Position numbers and translations under genes: made by a program
Part shown: positions 60,544-64,000 of the stretch, in pieces
How positions within the stretch are numbered: position 1 is the stretch's first letter
How the letters are laid out: the number at the start of each line of letters is the position of its first letter
Assembly (NCBI GenBank): GCA_964016885.1
Contig: OZ024756.1
Coordinates: 21,452,001-21,516,000, forward strand
DNA from: Eledone cirrhosa
Taxonomy: Eukaryota
Direction: 5' to 3'
Length of the DNA stretch: 64,000 nt
Notes under the pieces: generated by a model
What the model was told of the DNA's origin: nothing
Database searches by the model: none
The model's input: only the letters and a program-made list of their open reading frames with translations

Positions 60544-60588
60544 GCTCCGATGATTCCAGACATCCCTCCGGAAGAAACAATTGTCAGT
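60544..60588 (+). ncRNA. Hammerhead-like motif with variant core CCGAUGA
   Basis: gct-CCGATGA(60547)-ttcc...ggaa-GAAA(60574)-caattg-TC-agt; GUC triplet; ~40 nt upstream of a TA tract. Confidence 0.55.
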
Positions 60589-60631
60589 TAATAAATGTTC
60601 TAAACTAAAATTTGATCGTTTTAACACTTTG

Positions 60632-60668
<37 letters not shown>

Positions 60669-61387
60669 TGGCTGCCAACTCGTTTTCGAGTACGGCCACT
60701 ACTTTATATCCATGTAGGAGAACCCCTACGGATGCGCTGAACGAGTGTGACTTTTTAGTCCAGCCAGCGACTTGAAAACTCTGGTACAAACACTACACTT
60801 GTGACAATTATTGACACATAGTGCTGGGCCCATGGTACCATGTGACGACAAGTGAAGAGAGATCTCCAGATATAAAGCAATGCCTGTGCCGTGAAGCTTT
60901 TATAGTGAGCAAAGGCACTGCACAAAGCCAGTCCCACTCTCTTAACCAAGATGATATTTACCAAAAAGAAGAACAAGTCAACATCATTGGATACCATCAG
61001 AGTTGCAGGTGTTATATCAGAGTTTGCCTTCTCCTAGAATTCTGCCTTGACAAAGGCTAAGGGGTCATCTCTCCCAGTGATTTTGGATGGCCATTGACTC
61101 TTAAGAGCTCCTTTGCCCTTTGATATATATACATACATACATACATACATACATACATGCATACATGTATATATATATATATTGCCATTCATATACATAC
61201 ATGTATGTGTATGTATATATATGTTGGTAAGTATGTGTGTGTATATATATATGTTGGTAAGTATGTGTGTCAGTGTGTAAATACATTTATATATGTATGA
61301 ATATTTATATATATATATAAATGTATTTACACACAGACACATACTTACCTACATATAGATATATATGTATATTCACACACACACACA

Positions 61388-61455
<68 letters not shown>

Positions 61456-61507
61456 CACATATATAAAAATGTATTTACACAATCACACACACACACATAC
61501 ATACTTA

Positions 61508-61552
<45 letters not shown>

Positions 61553-62261
61553 ATAAAGGTGTCGATTTGTCTTTTAAACAATCTTAGAAAATTGATTTTT
61601 ATCAGTTTCATTTTGAAAGAAATTTTCTTTCCTTTCATTGTTTCCCTTTCGCCCCACCATCACTCACCCTCCACTCACTATCACCCACCCTCCACTCACC
61701 TCCACATTACATCCTTTCCAAGCCACAAAACCACTTTTATTCCCCTCCTCCTGAATATCTCCTCTATTTCGCTATCTTTCATTTTCATTGTCATATAATT
61801 TTTCTTTATCTCAAACCTTTCTTCTCCCGCGTCTTACGATTGCCCCTCCCCCTCTCCTCTCCTCTCTATTCTTTACTATCTCCATTGATACTCATCTATC
61901 TCCATCAATCTTCTTTCCCATCACATTCACAACATACTCTCATTCATTCACACATAAACATTCACACGCATACATTCAAACGCATACTCACTCACATACT
62001 CATACATTCACATACACATCCCCCCTCTCTCTCTCTCGCTGTGTGATTTTTTTTTACCGGGAAAATTTAATTACGAAAATTAATTTGTCTTCTAATATTT
62101 TTTTTTATCAAACTGTGCAAAACAATACTGACTACTACTACTACTACTACTAATACTACTATGGTTGTTGTGTTTCGGTGTTGTTTTGATTCGCGTGATG
62201 TGGGACAAAACGTAACCAACACTCTTTGAGATGTCATATATTCACGCAAGCATGCATAGGT

Positions 62262-62985
62262 TCACACACACACACACACACACCCACATCCACACACCAA
62301 CACACTCCCACCCACATCCACACACCAACACACTCCCACCCACATCAACACACCCCCACCCACATCCACACACCAACACACTCCCACCCACATCCACACT
62401 CCAACACACACCCACCCACATCCACACTCCAACATACTCCCACCCACACACTCCCACCCACACACCAACACACTCGCACCCGCATCCACACACCAACACA
62501 CTCCCACCCACATCCACACTCCAACACACTCCCACCCACATCCACACACCAACACACTCCCACCCACATCCACACTCCAACACACTCCCACCCACAATCG
62601 CACGCACCCCCACCCCCACTCGCACGCACCCCACACTCGCTCGCACCCCACACTCGCTCGCACGCACTCCCACCGACACTCGCACGCACTCCCACCCACA
62701 CTCGCACGCACTCCCTCCCACGCACACTCGCACGCACTCCCACCTACATTCGCACGCACTCCCACCTACATTCGCACGCACTCCCACCTACATTCGCACG
62801 CACTCCCACCTACACTCGCACGCACACTCTCGCACACACTCTCGCGCACACTCTCGCGCACACACACACGCACACGCACACGCACACGCACACGCAATCG
62901 CACACACTCGCACACACACACAATCGCACACACACACACTCGCACACACACTCGCACACACACACAGTCACGCTCACTCACTCAT
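62262..62985. repeat. C/A-rich compound minisatellite (28-bp cacccacatccacacaccaacacactcc, then 22-bp cacgcactcccacctacattcg)
   Basis: Direct inspection. Confidence 0.92.
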
Positions 62986-64000
62986 ATATATATCTATATA
63001 TGTGCATATCCCACTCTTTCTATATATATATGTGAATACATACATATATATATATACATATATGCGTGTGTGAATGTGTGTGTATATATATATATACATA
63101 TAAACGCATACATCGGCATAGAGAGGAAGGTAAAATGGGAAACAGAAAGATAAACATGCATATGCTTGTATTGTAATTATATCTCCCATATTTTAACTGT
63201 TGGACATAGACATATTATTGGTGAAATACAAGTTTGATGTTCTAGTAATTAGTTTATACAACGTCTTCTCAAATTCCCCTCTGAATCCATACCCTTCTAT
63301 TCGTGAAATAGGTGTCAAATGTTATTTCTCCTGTTTACTGAGAAAATTCTTGAACAAGGCAAAGAACCTCGTAAGGCACCCTTTCCACGGTGTTTTCTTT
63401 GATTAGACTTTGTTTATATCTGGAATTTTCTGACTGAACACGATGCTTGCGAAGCTGTGTATTGTTACTCGCAATGGCTGTTGTCATTTTAAAGCAAGAC
63501 AAGGCATCAAAATCACTTTTATTTGATTGAGGTTCAAAGAACATCAATATTCTTTTAGTTTTGAAAGATTCAAACTCTGTTTTACGATATCTCTGTTCAT
63601 TTTTATCTTTCCTGGTTCCCTTTTGTTTTCTGTCCAGCTTAAAATGCTTTTGTTTGACGGTGTGTTTATCGTCGCCATTATATGTTGGATAATATCAATG
63701 TCAAAGATCTAAAAACAGCCTGAAAAAGTGTCTTCTTTTTCGCCAAATTGTGAATCAAATCACATGATTTGACATAGAAAATGTGATCTAAATTGGAAAA
63801 ATTAAAATCATAAAATGTAATCTAGAAACAAAATATTTGCCAAGTCTTTGGCTTTTATGTGCAGAATATTTGCTGCGCTACATAGCAGACCAAGTGACAT
63901 TGTACACGCTTTGATTGCAGATGTTGTTAATATTGATGGTATTTGCAGAATAACGATGGTGAAGAAAGCCTGCGATAAAGATGACTCCATTATTAACCAT

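Overview
This is AT-rich, repeat-saturated eukaryotic DNA; the SINE and mariner-end sequences look cephalopod/octopus-like, from memory rather than a search. No intact host protein-coding gene is supported, and nearly all long ORFs are translations of microsatellites. The window holds many copies of at least two tRNA-derived SINE families, decayed RTE-type LINE fragments, and a frameshifted Penelope-like (Naiad-type) reverse-transcriptase fragment at 31218-32057 with a terminal fold-back. It also holds several minisatellites and two multi-kb (TA)n/TG arrays. The main signal is about 17 canonical and 3 variant type-I hammerhead ribozyme cores (CUGANGA...GAAA-palindrome-UH) from roughly nine sequence families. 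Most lie in short inserts of about 100-600 bp within (TA)n tracts, many of them fold-backs or inversions whose breakpoints fit twin priming from both ends of a break in a TA tract. An internal RTE fragment shows the same architecture. Coordinates were read by eye and may be off by a few bases.
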